Shown one piece after another: positions 39,836 through 54,023 of a DNA stretch of 64,000 nt. The notes below the pieces were generated by a model that did no database searches, had not been told where the DNA came from, and was given only the letters and a program-made list of their open reading frames with translations. The first letter of the stretch is position 1. The number at the start of each line of letters is the position of its first letter. Source of the stretch: an uncultured beta proteobacterium (GTDB taxonomy: Bacteria; Pseudomonadota; Gammaproteobacteria; Burkholderiales; Burkholderiaceae_C). The position numbers and the translations under genes are program-made. The stretch lies in the NCBI GenBank assembly GCA_903897005.1, contig CAITZZ010000029.1:574-64573 (forward strand). Reading direction: 5' to 3'.

Positions 39836-40963
39836 ATGAATTTCGGCATGGTCGCCGGCGAAACCTCGGGTGACTTGCTGGCTGCCTTGCTGCTGGACGG
39901 TATGCACGAGCGTTGGCCTACTCTGAGCGCGGTCGGCATTGGTGGACCGCAAATGGTCAGTCGCGGATTTGAGGCCTGGTGGCCACAGCATAAACTGGCT
40001 GTGCATGGCTATGGCTGGGAAGTATTGCGACGCTACCGGGAGATTGTTGGGATTCGGGAACGACTCAAGGTTCGCCTGTTGCGCGAGCGCCCGGATCTGT
40101 TCATCGGTGTCGATGCACCGGATTTCAACCTTGACCTTGAAGCGGACCTGAAGGCCAAAGGCATCAAGACAGTGCACTTCGTCTCGCCGTCGGTCTGGGC
40201 CTGGCGTCCCGAGCGAATAGAAAAGATCCGTCGCAGTGTGGACCATGTGCTGTGCATCTTTCCATTCGAGCCTGCGCTGCTGGCGCAGCACGGGATTGCG
40301 GCCACCTATGTCGGTCACCCGCTCGCCAATGTGATTCCGATCGAGCCGGATCGAGCCGCAGCACGCCGGGCTTTGGGGCTGTCTGAGGCCGATCCGGTGG
40401 TGGCCATTCTGCCCGGTAGTCGACAGTCAGAAATCAGCCACCTGGCGGGTCGATTTTTTCAGACAGCCGTGCGACTGCAGCGGCAGCGTCCGGCCATTCA
40501 GTTTGTCGTCCCTGCAGCGCCTGGCCTGAAGGCGGAAATTGAACGGGCGGCGCATGACAGTGCACTGACGCGCAATCTGCGAATTGTTGAGGGGCAGTCC
40601 CACACGGTTCTGGCCGCTTGTGATGTCACCCTCATCGCCAGCGGCACCGCAACGCTGGAGGCTGCCTTGTTCAAACGCCCGATGGTGATCGCCTACCATA
40701 TGGCCTGGTGGTCATGGCAGATCATGCGGCGCAAGAAATTGCAGCCCTGGGTGGGTTTGCCCAATATCCTGTGTGAGGAGTTTGTCGTGCCGGAATTGCT
40801 CCAGGAGGCGGCCACGCCACAGGCGCTGTCCGATGCAGTGTTGGCGTGGCTGGATGCTCACCAGAAGGTTGTCGAACTGCAGCAACGGTTCTTGCAACTG
40901 CATCAGCAACTCCGGCGTAACACCCCTGAACTGGCCACTCATGCGATTGCGCAACTACTTTAA
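39836..40963 (+). CDS. lpxB: Lipid-A-disaccharide synthase
   Basis: [17 protein letters not shown] start, 1 nt after the lpxA stop. 375 aa. Confidence 0.93.
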   Translation: MNFGMVAGETSGDLLAALLLDGMHERWPTLSAVGIGGPQMVSRGFEAWWPQHKLAVHGYGWEVLRRYREIVGIRERLKVRLLRERPDLFIGVDAPDFNLDLEADLKAKGIKTVHFVSPSVWAWRPERIEKIRRSVDHVLCIFPFEPALLAQHGIAATYVGHPLANVIPIEPDRAAARRALGLSEADPVVAILPGSRQSEISHLAGRFFQTAVRLQRQRPAIQFVVPAAPGLKAEIERAAHDSALTRNLRIVEGQSHTVLAACDVTLIASGTATLEAALFKRPMVIAYHMAWWSWQIMRRKKLQPWVGLPNILCEEFVVPELLQEAATPQALSDAVLAWLDAHQKVVELQQRFLQLHQQLRRNTPELATHAIAQLL

Positions 40964-41558
40964 AGCTGAACAAGCCTCCCTGAACTGGGACATTCCGGGC
41001 CTGGTGGCGGGCGTTGACGAGGCTGGTCGAGGTCCGCTGGCCGGTCCGGTGGTGGCTGCTGCCGTGATTCTGGACGACTGCCAACCGATCAAGGGCTTGG
41101 CCGATTCCAAAACCCTGACTGCCTTGCGGCGTGAAAAGCTGTTTGATGAGATTCGCGCCAGGGCGCTGTGCTGTTCGATCGCTCAGGCCAGTGTGGAGGA
41201 AATCGAGCAACTCAATATCCTGCAGGCAACCCTGCTGGCGATGCGTCGTGCTGTCGACGGTTTGCGACTCAAGCCGGTCAAGGTGCTGGTGGATGGCAAT
41301 CGGCTGCCGCTGCTCGATGTGCTGGGCGAGGCGATTGTCAAGGGTGACAGCCTGGTACCTGCCATTTCGGCGGCGTCCATCCTGGCCAAGGTACAGCGTG
41401 ATCGCTGGTGTGTCGAGTACGACCTGCAGTTCCCTCAGTACGGTTTTGCAAAGCACAAAGGCTATGGAACCGCCGAGCATCTCGAGGCTCTGCGCCTGCA
41501 CGGGGCCTGCCCTCAGCATCGCAAGACCTTCCGACCGGTAGCCGAGGCCATGCGATGA
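40941..41558 (+). CDS. rnhB: Ribonuclease HII
   Basis: [21 protein letters not shown] catalytic motif. The ATG at 40941 overlaps the lpxB 3' end by 23 nt. Confidence 0.92.
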   Translation: MRLRNYFKAEQASLNWDIPGLVAGVDEAGRGPLAGPVVAAAVILDDCQPIKGLADSKTLTALRREKLFDEIRARALCCSIAQASVEEIEQLNILQATLLAMRRAVDGLRLKPVKVLVDGNRLPLLDVLGEAIVKGDSLVPAISAASILAKVQRDRWCVEYDLQFPQYGFAKHKGYGTAEHLEALRLHGACPQHRKTFRPVAEAMR

Positions 41559-42337
41559 GCCAGGCACCATTCCAATTCATCAGCTCGCGTGACAACGCAT
41601 TTCTGAAAGACCTGCGGCGTCTGTCGCAGGACAGCACGGCCTACCGCAAACAGGGTAGATTCTGGGTCGAGGGTGAACACTTGTGTGGTGCCGCGCTGGC
41701 ACGCGGAGCCAAGCCCGTCGTCGCCATTTTTTCCGAGTCCTTTTGGCCTGACGCGCCGACTGCATGGACGCAGGCAGCCAGCAAGAACATTGTCATTGCT
41801 GACACCCTGTTCGCTGACATTGGCGTCCTTGAGTCACCCGCCAGCGTTGGCTTCGTGTTTGAACTGCCGGCGCCCAGGGTTTTGCAGTCAAAGGTCGCCT
41901 CCGTCATTCTGGATCGGGTGCAGGATGCCGGCAATGTTGGGTCCATTTTGCGCAGTGCCTCAGCTTTTGGCTTTACCCAGATCATTGCCCTCAAAGGCAC
42001 GGCTGCGCTTTGGAGTCCCAAAGTCTTGCGCGCGGGCATGGGGGCACACTGGGGCTTGCACCTGATTGAAGGGGCAGAGCCTGCCCAGGTGGCGGATTTA
42101 GTGGTTCCCATCATCGTCACCAGTTCACATCAGGGTGAGTACCTGCATCAGGCACAGCATGGCAAGACCCTGCCCATGCCATGTGCCTGGGCGCTAGGGC
42201 ACGAAGGGCAGGGCGTTGGCGTTGAACTTGAAGCGCTGGCAAGTCTGAAGATTCGTATCGCCCAACCCGGCGGCGAAGAGTCACTCAACGTTGCTGCGGC
42301 GGCGGCCATTTGCCTGCATGCCAGCGCTAGCGGGTGA
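41555..42337 (+). CDS. TrmH/SpoU-family RNA 2'-O-methyltransferase
   Basis: 260 aa. SpoU blocks [21 protein letters not shown] and LGHEGQGV...[15 protein letters not shown] overlap with the rnhB stop. Confidence 0.85.
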   Translation: MSQAPFQFISSRDNAFLKDLRRLSQDSTAYRKQGRFWVEGEHLCGAALARGAKPVVAIFSESFWPDAPTAWTQAASKNIVIADTLFADIGVLESPASVGFVFELPAPRVLQSKVASVILDRVQDAGNVGSILRSASAFGFTQIIALKGTAALWSPKVLRAGMGAHWGLHLIEGAEPAQVADLVVPIIVTSSHQGEYLHQAQHGKTLPMPCAWALGHEGQGVGVELEALASLKIRIAQPGGEESLNVAAAAAICLHASASG

Positions 42338-42490
42338 GTGCCTCCTCACGAGGTGGCTGGGCTATAATGGGACGCTTCACCGCACGCTGTACGCCCAGAG
42401 CCTTCTCAAGCCAAATCCCTCAATATTGCAAGCCAAGAGTCAAGGCTTGAGCACGTTTGGGCGTACCCGAAAACCCATCCGGAGAACCCA

Positions 42491-43685
42491 GTGCTTTTGT
42501 CTTTACAGGGAAACCATGCCCCCGCCATTCTGGCGCTAGCAGACGGTACGGTGTTTGTTGGAAATTCCATAGGAGCTGCTGGCTCCACGGTTGGCGAGCT
42601 TGTGTTCAACACCGCCATGACCGGTTACCAGGAAATTCTGACGGACCCGAGTTACTGTCAGCAAATCGTCACGCTGACCTACCCCCACATTGGCAACTAC
42701 GGCATCAACGCGCAGGACGTTGAAGCTGCCAAGGTACACGCCGCTGGCCTGATCATCCGGGACCTGCCACTGGTGGCATCCAATTTTCGCTCCAGCATGA
42801 CGCTGTCACAGTACCTCGTGCAGGAGAACACGGTGGCTATCGCCAATCTGGACACACGCCAACTGACACGCCATCTGCGTACCCACGGCGCGCAGAACGG
42901 CTGCATTCTGACTTTGTCCGGTGAGGAAACTGTTACGCAGTCTGCTGTTGACCGTGCACTGGCGCTGGCAAAAGCCGCCCCCAGCATGGCCGGAACGGAT
43001 CTGGCCAGAGTGGTCTCAACCAAAACGGCTTACCAGTGGACACAGACAGAATGGCAGTTGGCTCATCCGCAAGCTCAGGGCAGTGCCGGCTTTGGCACCC
43101 AGACGGACAGCAGGTTCCATGTGGTGGCCCTTGATTTTGGCGTCAAGTTCAATATCCTGCGCATGCTGGCCGAGCGTGCATGCCGGGTCACGGTGCTACC
43201 AGCACAGACCAGCGCGGCGCAAGTTCTTGCTCATAAGCCGGACGGTATCTTCCTGAGTAACGGGCCGGGAGATCCACAGCCTTGCGATTACGCCATCGCC
43301 GCCGCCGCCGAACTGATAGAAGCTGGCATTCCGACATTCGGTATCTGTCTGGGTCACCAGATCATGGCGCTGGCCAGTGGCGCCAGGACCTTCAAGATGA
43401 AGTTCGGTCACCACGGCGCCAACCATCCGGTCAAGGATCTCGATAGCGGGCGCGTCAGCATCACCAGTCAGAACCACGGGTTTGCGGTCGATGAGAAGAC
43501 CTTGCCGGCCAATTTGCGCGCTACCCACATCAGTCTGTTTGACGGCACGCTGCAGGGACTGGAGCGTACGGATCGACCCGCCTTCTGCTTCCAGGGGCAT
43601 CCGGAAGCCTCGCCAGGACCGCACGACATTGCCTATCTGTTTGATCGCTTCACTGCGCTGATGGAACAAGCACAGGAGAAGAAGC

Positions 43686-43693
<8 letters not shown>
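42491..43693 (+). CDS. carA: Carbamoyl-phosphate synthase small (glutaminase) subunit
   Basis: [15 protein letters not shown]-terminus and GATase active site GICLGHQ. GTG start with GGAG 6 nt upstream. Confidence 0.95.
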
Positions 43694-46978
<3,285 letters not shown>

Positions 46979-46982
<4 letters not shown>

Positions 46983-47008
46983 TTTTTAACTGACATTCAC
47001 GGCATAAT
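46979..47008 (+). promoter_or_regulatory. Candidate sigma-70 promoter of greA
   Basis: TTGATT-N18-CATAAT. The -35 element overlaps the carB stop codon. Confidence 0.4.
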
Positions 47009-47016
47009 CTGACCCT

Positions 47017-47050
47017 ACCGCCGGACGGCAACGTTCGGCGGTTTCCTTTT
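47017..47050 (+). terminator. Intrinsic terminator: carB terminator and/or greA leader attenuator
   Basis: ACCGCCGGAC-GGCAAC-GTTCGGCGGT (10 bp with one G.U pair) followed by TTCCTTTT. It ends 24 nt before the greA GTG. Confidence 0.65.
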
Positions 47051-47074
47051 GTGCAATCCATAACGGAGCAGCAA

Positions 47075-47551
47075 GTGGCAACCATACCCATTACCAAACG
47101 CGGCGCTGAAAAGCTCAAGGCCGAGTTGCAAAAACTCAAGACCGTTGATCGCCCATGGGTTATCAATGCGATCGCCGAGGCGCGAGCGCAAGGCGATTTG
47201 AGTGAAAACGCCGAGTACGAAGTCGCCAAGGACCGTCAGGGTTTCATCGAAGGTCGTATCCAGGAAGTGGAGGGCAAACTGTCGGCCAGTCAGATCATTG
47301 ACCCCTCAGAACTCAATGCCGGGGGACGTGTTGTATTTGGTGCCACTGTGACGCTGGAAGATGAAGCGTCAGCAATGAAGGTGACTTACCAGATCGTCGG
47401 TGAAGATGAGGCCGACATCAAACTCGGGCTGATCAACATTGGCAGCCCGATTGCCCGCGCCTTGATTGGCAAGGAAGAGGGCGATAGCGTTGAAGTGCAG
47501 GCGCCGGGCGGCGCCAGGCACTATGAGGTAGTGGCGGTCAGCTACGTTTGA
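47075..47551 (+). CDS. greA: Transcription elongation factor GreA
   Basis: 158 aa from the GTG at 47075 (GGAG 6 nt upstream). [19 protein letters not shown]...[13 protein letters not shown]. Confidence 0.95.
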   Translation: MATIPITKRGAEKLKAELQKLKTVDRPWVINAIAEARAQGDLSENAEYEVAKDRQGFIEGRIQEVEGKLSASQIIDPSELNAGGRVVFGATVTLEDEASAMKVTYQIVGEDEADIKLGLINIGSPIARALIGKEEGDSVEVQAPGGARHYEVVAVSYV

Positions 47552-47555
47552 TTCG

Positions 47556-47972
47556 ATGACGCGTCTTGTACTTTGGGTCGCCGCACTGTGGTGGAGCAGT
47601 CTGGGCCTGATCGGCTTCCTGGTGGTTCCGCTGCTGTTTGCCCGCTTGCCCACACCAGCGATGGCAGGCCATATGGCTGGCGGCCTGTTTCAGGCTCAAA
47701 GCTGGATTTCGCTTCTGTGTGGTCTCGTGCTCCTGCTCAGCGGGCAGTCGAGGCGGCTGACGCTGCCCACGCTGCGTTCACCTGCTGTCTTTATGTGCAT
47801 CACGGCTGGCATGCTGCTGGCCTTTTTGTCCGAATTTGCGGTGGCACCACACATCGTGGCGCGCGAGAATTTGCGCCTATGGCACGGCATTGGCAGTGCC
47901 ATGTTTGCGTTGCAGTTCCTGTTCGCCTCGCTTGTGTTTTGGAAGTTGACGCCGCCAGCGCCCGTTCCATGA
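47556..47972 (+). CDS. DUF4149-like small integral membrane protein
   Basis: 138 aa with four hydrophobic segments. The position just after greA is one I recall for DUF4149 genes in Burkholderiales. The family call is from memory. Confidence 0.6.
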   Translation: MTRLVLWVAALWWSSLGLIGFLVVPLLFARLPTPAMAGHMAGGLFQAQSWISLLCGLVLLLSGQSRRLTLPTLRSPAVFMCITAGMLLAFLSEFAVAPHIVARENLRLWHGIGSAMFALQFLFASLVFWKLTPPAPVP

Positions 47973-47984
47973 GTTCGCTGGGGG

Positions 47985-48458
47985 TCAGGTCTGGCTGCGT
48001 TTCTTGATGCTGACCTGTTTGGGTTTCGATCGTTTAACCTGACCGCCTGAAGTCAGGCGCTGATTTCCCAGAACACGCAGGGTCTTGACCTCCGGGCGCT
48101 GACCACCGCGTGTGCTGTATTTAAGTACTTTGAAGTCACGCGGACCGGGCATGCGGTCGGCGTCCAGCGTCTTTTCGCGCTCCGGCATAGGGCGCCAGAG
48201 CACCAGCAGTTTGCCGATATGCTGAATCGGTGCTGCGTTCAAGTCGTCGGCCAGTGTCTGAAACATGGCCTCGCGCGCCGAACGGTCGTCGGCAAAGACG
48301 CGTACCTTGATCAAGCCATGCGCATTCAGGGCGGCATCGGCTTCCCTTTTTACGGCGGCGCTCAGTCCATCGCCACCGACCATGACAACGGGGTCCAGGT
48401 GATGCGCTTGCGCACGGTGCTCTTTGCGTTGGGCGGGGGTCAATTGAATTTGCGGCAT
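47985..48458 (-). CDS. yhbY: YhbY-family (CRM domain) RNA-binding protein with a basic C-terminal extension
   Basis: LTPAQRKEHRAQAHHLDPVVMVGGDGLSAAVKREADAALNAHGLIKVRV. Trimmed to the ATG at 48458. Divergent from rlmE, as in E. coli. Confidence 0.85.
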   Translation of the reverse strand: MPQIQLTPAQRKEHRAQAHHLDPVVMVGGDGLSAAVKREADAALNAHGLIKVRVFADDRSAREAMFQTLADDLNAAPIQHIGKLLVLWRPMPEREKTLDADRMPGPRDFKVLKYSTRGGQRPEVKTLRVLGNQRLTSGGQVKRSKPKQVSIKKRSQT

Positions 48459-48486
48459 GGCGCTATTATCGGTTACGAAGGTCAAA

Positions 48487-49161
48487 ATGAAAGACAAAGT
48501 CAAAAGCAGCAAAGTCAACAGGGCGTGGATCAATGACCATGTCAACGATCCGTATGTCAAGCTGGCCAAACTGGAAGGTTACCGGGCGCGTGCTGCCTAC
48601 AAGCTCAAGGAGATTGATGAATCTCTGGGTCTGATCAAGCCGGGTCAGTTGGTGGTTGATCTGGGGTCGACCCCCGGTGCCTGGAGTCAGTATGTGCGGC
48701 GCAAAATGTCCCCGCGGAAGGCTGTTGGTGGCGGCGCGGCGGTCGGGGAACTCAATGGCAGCATCATTGCGCTGGACATCCTGCCGATGGAACCGGTAGA
48801 GGGTGTGGTGTTCCTGTTGGGGGATTTTCGTGAGCCGGAGGTGTTGCAACGCCTGGCCAGCGAAATGCGGGGTCGCCTGGCTGATGTCGTGGTGTCCGAC
48901 ATGGCACCCAATCTGTCTGGCATTGCCGCAGCCGATGCTGCGCGCATCGAGAATCTGGTCGAACTGGCGCTGGAATTTGCGCAGACCCACATGAAGCCGC
49001 GCGGGAGTCTGGTTGCCAAGGTCTTTCACGGTGATGCTTACGAGTCCCTGGTCAAGCGTTTCAGAGAGGTTTTTGTGACGGTCAAACGCATCAAGCCGAA
49101 GGCCTCACGCGACAAGTCTTCGGAAACCTTTCTGGTTGGTACATGCTTGCGGGCTGCCTGA
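48487..49161 (+). CDS. rlmE: 23S rRNA (uridine2552-2'-O)-methyltransferase RlmE (FtsJ)
   Basis: WINDHVNDPYVKLAKLEGYRARAAYKLKEID, SAM motif VVDLGSTPGAWSQ and VVSDMAPNLSG. ATG at 48487. Confidence 0.93.
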   Translation: MKDKVKSSKVNRAWINDHVNDPYVKLAKLEGYRARAAYKLKEIDESLGLIKPGQLVVDLGSTPGAWSQYVRRKMSPRKAVGGGAAVGELNGSIIALDILPMEPVEGVVFLLGDFREPEVLQRLASEMRGRLADVVVSDMAPNLSGIAAADAARIENLVELALEFAQTHMKPRGSLVAKVFHGDAYESLVKRFREVFVTVKRIKPKASRDKSSETFLVGTCLRAA

Positions 49162-49185
49162 AGTTCGGGCTGCTTCCGGGTAAAA

Positions 49186-49205
49186 CGAGCGGCAAACGCC
49201 GCTCG
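49186..49205 (+). promoter_or_regulatory. Stem-loop between rlmE and ftsH
   Basis: CGAGCGGC-AAAC-GCCGCTCG, 8 bp perfect. Only a weak T-tract (gtgtcttg) follows. Confidence 0.3.
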
Positions 49206-49277
49206 GTGTCTTGAAACGCCTAAAATGGTGCCCAACTGTGTCTTGCCTATCTGTTTGCGTCCTTATTGGAGCCTCGC

Positions 49278-51197
49278 TTGAATAATCAGTGGTTCTCGAA
49301 AATTGCCGTCTGGCTCGTCATTGCGCTGGTGCTGTTTACCGTTTTCAAACAGTTTGAAACCCGTGGCCCGGCTGGCGCCGGCAATCTGGGTTACTCCGAC
49401 TTTCTGGAGGAAGTAAGGGGCAAGCGGATCAAGAGCGCCGTTATCCAGGAAGGTCAGGGCGGTACCGAAATCATCGCTGTCACCACCGATGATCGCAAGG
49501 TCCGGACCACCGCCACTTACCTTGATCGTGGTCTGGTAGGTGACCTGATCGCCAATGGCGTCAAGTTTGACGTCAAGGCGCGCGAAGAAGGCTCGCTCCT
49601 CATGACGCTGCTGGTGAGCTGGGGCCCGATGCTCTTGCTGATTGGTGTCTGGATTTATTTCATGCGCCAGATGCAGGGCGGTGGCAAGGGAGGTGCTTTC
49701 AGCTTTGGCAAGAGCAAGGCGCGCATGCTCGATGAAAATACCAATCAGGTGACCTTCGCCGATGTGGCTGGTTGCGACGAAGCCAAAGAAGAAGTCAAGG
49801 AGGTGGTCGATTTCCTGAAAGATCCGGCCAAGTTCCAGAAACTCGGCGGCCGCATTCCGCGCGGCCTCTTGCTGGTAGGGCCACCCGGGACTGGAAAAAC
49901 CCTGCTCGCCAAAGGGATTGCGGGCGAAGCCAAGGTGCCCTTCTTCAGCATCAGCGGCTCAGACTTTGTCGAAATGTTTGTTGGCGTCGGCGCAGCGCGT
50001 GTGCGCGACATGTTTGACAACGCCAAGAAGAACGCGCCCTGCATCATCTTTATCGACGAAATTGATGCCGTTGGACGTCAGCGCGGCGCTGGCCTGGGCG
50101 GTGGAAACGACGAGCGCGAGCAGACGCTCAATCAGATGCTGGTTGAGATGGATGGCTTCGAGACCAATGTGGGAGTGATCGTGGTGGCCGCCACCAATCG
50201 TCCCGACATTCTTGACGCAGCCCTGCTGCGTCCGGGGCGTTTTGACAGGCAGGTCTATGTGACCTTGCCCGATATCCGCGGCCGTGAGCAAATTCTCAAT
50301 GTGCATATGCGCAAAGTACCTTTGGGTCAGGACGTGAACCCGGGCGTGATCGCGCGCGGGACGCCCGGCATGTCGGGGGCTGATCTCGCCAACCTGTGCA
50401 ATGAGGCTGCACTGATGGCAGCAAGGCGCAGTGCGCGCACGGTCGAAATGCAGGATTTCGAGAAGGCCAAAGACAAGATCCTGATGGGCCCGGAGCGCAA
50501 GAGCATGGTGATGCCTGAGAGTGAACGCAGGAACACCGCTTATCACGAGTCCGGACATGCGCTGATTGGCAAGATGCTATCCAAGTGCGACCCGGTCCAC
50601 AAAGTAACGATTATTCCGCGCGGCCGCGCCCTGGGTGTGACCATGAGTCTGCCGGCACAGGACCGGTATAGCTACGACAGCGAATACATGCTGCATCAGA
50701 TCAGCATGCTGTTTGGTGGCCGCATCGCGGAAGAGGTGTTCATGCACCAGATGACGACCGGTGCCAGCAACGATTTTGAGCGCGCAACTCACATTGCGCG
50801 CGATATGGTGACACGCTACGGCATGACCGATGCGCTGGGTCCGATGGTTTACGCGGACAACGAGGGTGAGGTGTTTCTGGGTCGCTCGGTGACCAAGACG
50901 ACCAACATGAGTGAAGAAACCATGCAGAAGGTGGATGCAGAGGTGCGACGCATCATTGACCAGCAGTACAGCCAGGCACGCAGGCTGATTGAAGACAATC
51001 AGGACAAGATGCATGCCATGGCCAAGGCCTTGCTTGAATGGGAGACCATTGACAGCGACCAGATCGAGGACATCATGGCCGGCAAGGAGCCGCGCCCCCC
51101 CAAGGACTGGACACCGCGCATCCCGGCGGCGGGTGGCGACGGCAGTGGCGGTGGCACACCCGCCGTCAAACCTGACGCAGCGCCAACGGCGGCCTAG
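49278..51197 (+). CDS. ftsH: ATP-dependent zinc metalloprotease FtsH
   Basis: [16 protein letters not shown] from the TTG at 49278 (GGAG 6 nt upstream). Walker A GPPGTGKT and zinc motif HESGHAL. Confidence 0.97.
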   Translation: MNNQWFSKIAVWLVIALVLFTVFKQFETRGPAGAGNLGYSDFLEEVRGKRIKSAVIQEGQGGTEIIAVTTDDRKVRTTATYLDRGLVGDLIANGVKFDVKAREEGSLLMTLLVSWGPMLLLIGVWIYFMRQMQGGGKGGAFSFGKSKARMLDENTNQVTFADVAGCDEAKEEVKEVVDFLKDPAKFQKLGGRIPRGLLLVGPPGTGKTLLAKGIAGEAKVPFFSISGSDFVEMFVGVGAARVRDMFDNAKKNAPCIIFIDEIDAVGRQRGAGLGGGNDEREQTLNQMLVEMDGFETNVGVIVVAATNRPDILDAALLRPGRFDRQVYVTLPDIRGREQILNVHMRKVPLGQDVNPGVIARGTPGMSGADLANLCNEAALMAARRSARTVEMQDFEKAKDKILMGPERKSMVMPESERRNTAYHESGHALIGKMLSKCDPVHKVTIIPRGRALGVTMSLPAQDRYSYDSEYMLHQISMLFGGRIAEEVFMHQMTTGASNDFERATHIARDMVTRYGMTDALGPMVYADNEGEVFLGRSVTKTTNMSEETMQKVDAEVRRIIDQQYSQARRLIEDNQDKMHAMAKALLEWETIDSDQIEDIMAGKEPRPPKDWTPRIPAAGGDGSGGGTPAVKPDAAPTAA

Positions 51198-51219
51198 CGG
51201 GCACCTTCACAAACGGTAG

Positions 51220-51246
51220 ACGGGGCAGAATTGCCCCGTTCTTTTT
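51220..51246 (+). terminator. Intrinsic terminator after ftsH, abutting the folP start
   Basis: ACGGGGC-AGAATT-GCCCCGT followed by TCTTTTT. The T-tract ends 1 nt before the ATG at 51248. Confidence 0.55.
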
Positions 51247-51247
51247 C

Positions 51248-52114
51248 ATGAAATGGAAGACCTCAAGATTCATGCTTGACCTGGCGACGCCCAGGGTCAT
51301 GGGCATTGTCAATGTGACACCCGACTCCTTCTCGGACGGCGGCCGTCATGCCGATGTCAATTCCACGCTGCGGCATTGTGAAAAACTCGTCAGGGACGGC
51401 GCCGACATCCTGGACATCGGCGCCGAGTCAACCCGACCCGGCGCGGTAGCAGTACCGGTAGCCGAAGAACTGGCGCGACTGCTGCCCGTACTGTGCGAAG
51501 CTGTTCGCCTGGGAGTGCCGGTATCGGTCGATACCTACAAGCCCGGCGTGATGCAAGCGGCGCTGGACCTCGGTGTTGACATCATCAACGATGTCTGGGC
51601 ACTGCGCTGGCGCGACGCAGCGACTGATTCGCGGACTGCAACACAGGTCGTTGCACGCCATCCTGCTTGCGGCATTTGTCTGATGCACATGCACGGGGAG
51701 CCTTCGACCATGCAGTTGCTTCCTGTGCAAGGCGATGCTGTCGCGCAGGCCAGACTCTTCCTGCAGAAGGCTGCCGGCGAGTTGCATGGGGCGGGTGTCG
51801 AGAAGAACCGTATCGTCATCGATCCAGGCATAGGCTTTGGCAAGTCCGTTGCGCAGAATTTTGCGCTGCTAGCCAGACAAGCGGAGTTGCTTGGCAGCGA
51901 CTATCCCTTGTTGGTTGGATGGTCGCGCAAGTCTTCGCTGGGGGCACTGGTGGGCACCGCAACCGCAGATGCAACCGGGAGTGAGCCTGAGCAAAGGCTG
52001 GCCCTCAGTGTCACCGCAGCCGTGTTGGCGGTGGAGCGTGGTGCTTCGGTCGTGCGGGTCCACGATGTGCTGGAAACGGTTCAGGCTCTCAGAGTACTGA
52101 GCGCTATAAGATAG
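51248..52114 (+). CDS. folP: Dihydropteroate synthase
   Basis: LDLATPRVMGIVNVTPDSFSDGG. The length to this motif equals that in E. coli FolP when started at 51248. An alternative ATG is at 51272. Confidence 0.92.
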   Translation: MKWKTSRFMLDLATPRVMGIVNVTPDSFSDGGRHADVNSTLRHCEKLVRDGADILDIGAESTRPGAVAVPVAEELARLLPVLCEAVRLGVPVSVDTYKPGVMQAALDLGVDIINDVWALRWRDAATDSRTATQVVARHPACGICLMHMHGEPSTMQLLPVQGDAVAQARLFLQKAAGELHGAGVEKNRIVIDPGIGFGKSVAQNFALLARQAELLGSDYPLLVGWSRKSSLGALVGTATADATGSEPEQRLALSVTAAVLAVERGASVVRVHDVLETVQALRVLSAIR

Positions 52115-52154
52115 ACGAATGATGGTTGCCAGGAATTGATCGCAAGGGAACAAG

Positions 52155-53510
52155 ATGAGCAGAAAATATTTTGGTACGGATGGCATTCGCGGGACGGTCG
52201 GACAAGGGCCGATCACTCCGGATTTTGTGCTGCGCCTGGCCCACGCGGTCGGTCGGGTCTTGAAGCGTTCCGAAGATCGTCCTACTGTTCTGATCGGCAA
52301 GGACACTCGGATTTCGGGCTACATGCTCGAAAGTGCGCTGGAGAGCGGCTTTAATTCGGCTGGTGTCGATGTTGTGCTGCTCGGTCCGTTGCCTACACCC
52401 GGTGTCGCTTACCTGACCCGCGCGCAGCGCGCCTCACTCGGCGTGGTCATCAGCGCCAGCCACAATCCATTTGCCGATAACGGAATCAAGTTTTTCAGCT
52501 CTCAGGGGACCAAACTGTCTGATGTTTGGGAGTCCGACGTTGAGGCGACACTGGAGGAGGCGCCAGTCTGGGCCGACTCTGCCAGTCTGGGCAAGACCCG
52601 CCGACTCAATGACGCGGCTGGGCGTTATATTGAATTCTGCAAGAGCACATTTGCTCATGACCTGAGCCTGCGTGGTGTAAAGATCGTGGTCGACGCAGCG
52701 CATGGCGCTGCCTACCACATTGCGCCCATGGTGTTTCACGAGTTGGGTGCAGAAGTGGTGGCCATTGGTTGCACACCTGACGGATTGAATATCAACCACG
52801 AGGTCGGTGCGACTCATCCGCAAGCGCTGGTCAGGGCCGTTAAGGAGAGCGGTGCACAGTTTGGCGTTGCGCTCGACGGTGACGCGGACCGCCTGCAACT
52901 GATCGATGGCGAGGGGCGTCTGTTCAATGGCGACGAAATACTCTACCTGATGGTCAAGGAGCGGCTTTCACGTGGGCAAAATGCCAGTTGCAAGTGTTCC
53001 GAAGAATCGGTTCCCGGCGTCGTGGGGACTCTGATGACCAATATGGCAGTGGAGCTTGCCCTGAAGGCTAAAGGGGTTGAGTTGGTGCGTGCCAAGGTTG
53101 GCGACCGCTATGTGCTCGAGGAGTTGGAGAAGCGCGGCTGGGTGTTGGGTGGCGAAGGTTCGGGTCACCTGTTGGCATTGGACAAGCACACGACGGGCGA
53201 CGGCATCATCTCCGCTCTGCAGGTTTTGCAGGCGTGTCTGCGCAGCCGGCAGACGCTCGCTCAATTGCTTGTCGAGGTCACTCTCTTCCCGCAGGTCCTG
53301 ATCAATGTTCGACTTAGACCTCAGCAGGAATGGCAAACCAACACCCAACTGGCAGCCGCCACGAAGTCGGTCGAGCAGGAACTGGGCAACCAGGGGCGGG
53401 TCCTGATTCGCGCCAGTGGCACCGAACCGCTGGTGCGCGTGATGGTCGAAGCGCGGGATGCCAGTCAGGCGCAAAGTTGTGCCGAGCGAATTGCCGACAC
53501 CCTGCGATGA
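52155..53510 (+). CDS. glmM: Phosphoglucosamine mutase
   Basis: [13 protein letters not shown] and phosphoserine loop [17 protein letters not shown]. Confidence 0.95.
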   Translation: MSRKYFGTDGIRGTVGQGPITPDFVLRLAHAVGRVLKRSEDRPTVLIGKDTRISGYMLESALESGFNSAGVDVVLLGPLPTPGVAYLTRAQRASLGVVISASHNPFADNGIKFFSSQGTKLSDVWESDVEATLEEAPVWADSASLGKTRRLNDAAGRYIEFCKSTFAHDLSLRGVKIVVDAAHGAAYHIAPMVFHELGAEVVAIGCTPDGLNINHEVGATHPQALVRAVKESGAQFGVALDGDADRLQLIDGEGRLFNGDEILYLMVKERLSRGQNASCKCSEESVPGVVGTLMTNMAVELALKAKGVELVRAKVGDRYVLEELEKRGWVLGGEGSGHLLALDKHTTGDGIISALQVLQACLRSRQTLAQLLVEVTLFPQVLINVRLRPQQEWQTNTQLAAATKSVEQELGNQGRVLIRASGTEPLVRVMVEARDASQAQSCAERIADTLR

Positions 53511-54016
53511 ACCATCCGTCCGATGGGGTGCGTATCTGTCCTGCCGACTATGGCAGCAAGAGCCATGCCGTGGCGTTGGTGATGCTGCTGGACGCCTATG
53601 CCAGGGATCCGATGGGTGGAGGCGAAGGTCTGAGCGAATTTGCCAGGACGCATCTGGTGCAGTCGCTGGCCGCGCGGCCGCAGGCCTTCAGTGTGCTGGC
53701 CTTTCTGGGTGCCGATGATGAAACACCGGTGGGTCTGGTTAACTGCATCGAAGGTTTTTCGACTTTCGCCTGCCAGGCGCTGGTCAATATTCATGATGTG
53801 GTGGTCTTGCCGGCCTATCGAGGGCAGCGCATTGCACAGCAGATGCTGGCCCTGGTCGACGCCATGGCGCGTGAACGCGGTGCCTGTAAATTGACGCTGG
53901 AAGTCCTCAGTGGCAACGCCGGTGCTATGCAACTCTACAGGCGGGTCGGATTCGCGAATTACCAGCTTGACCCTGCTGCCGGTCACGCCCAGTTTCTGCA
54001 GAAATGGTTGCGCTGA
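53507..54016 (+). CDS. GNAT family N-acetyltransferase
   Basis: 169 aa. Acetyl-CoA motif [17 protein letters not shown]...[12 protein letters not shown] overlap with the glmM stop (track start 53330 trimmed). Confidence 0.8.
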   Translation: MNHPSDGVRICPADYGSKSHAVALVMLLDAYARDPMGGGEGLSEFARTHLVQSLAARPQAFSVLAFLGADDETPVGLVNCIEGFSTFACQALVNIHDVVVLPAYRGQRIAQQMLALVDAMARERGACKLTLEVLSGNAGAMQLYRRVGFANYQLDPAAGHAQFLQKWLR

Positions 54017-54023
54017 CTGCTGC

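Noticed and set aside
40773-41558. Long N-terminal extensions in the ORF track (rnhB from 40773, trmH-like from 41408, GNAT from 53330, SDR from 21083, argG from 59362, yhbY from 48569)
   Set aside because: The extensions overlap the upstream gene in another frame and translate to Arg/Cys/Ser-rich junk. Internal ATGs give N-termini that match the known families and produce classic ATGA or short overlaps.
42405-42451. Alternative hairpins in the carA leader (CTCAAGCC or CAAGCC pairing with GGCTTGAG) downstream of a TATAAT box at 42363-42368, considered as a pyrimidine/arginine attenuator
   Set aside because: No U-tract follows the stem, no leader peptide is evident, and the -35 element is poor. 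The evidence is too weak to call.
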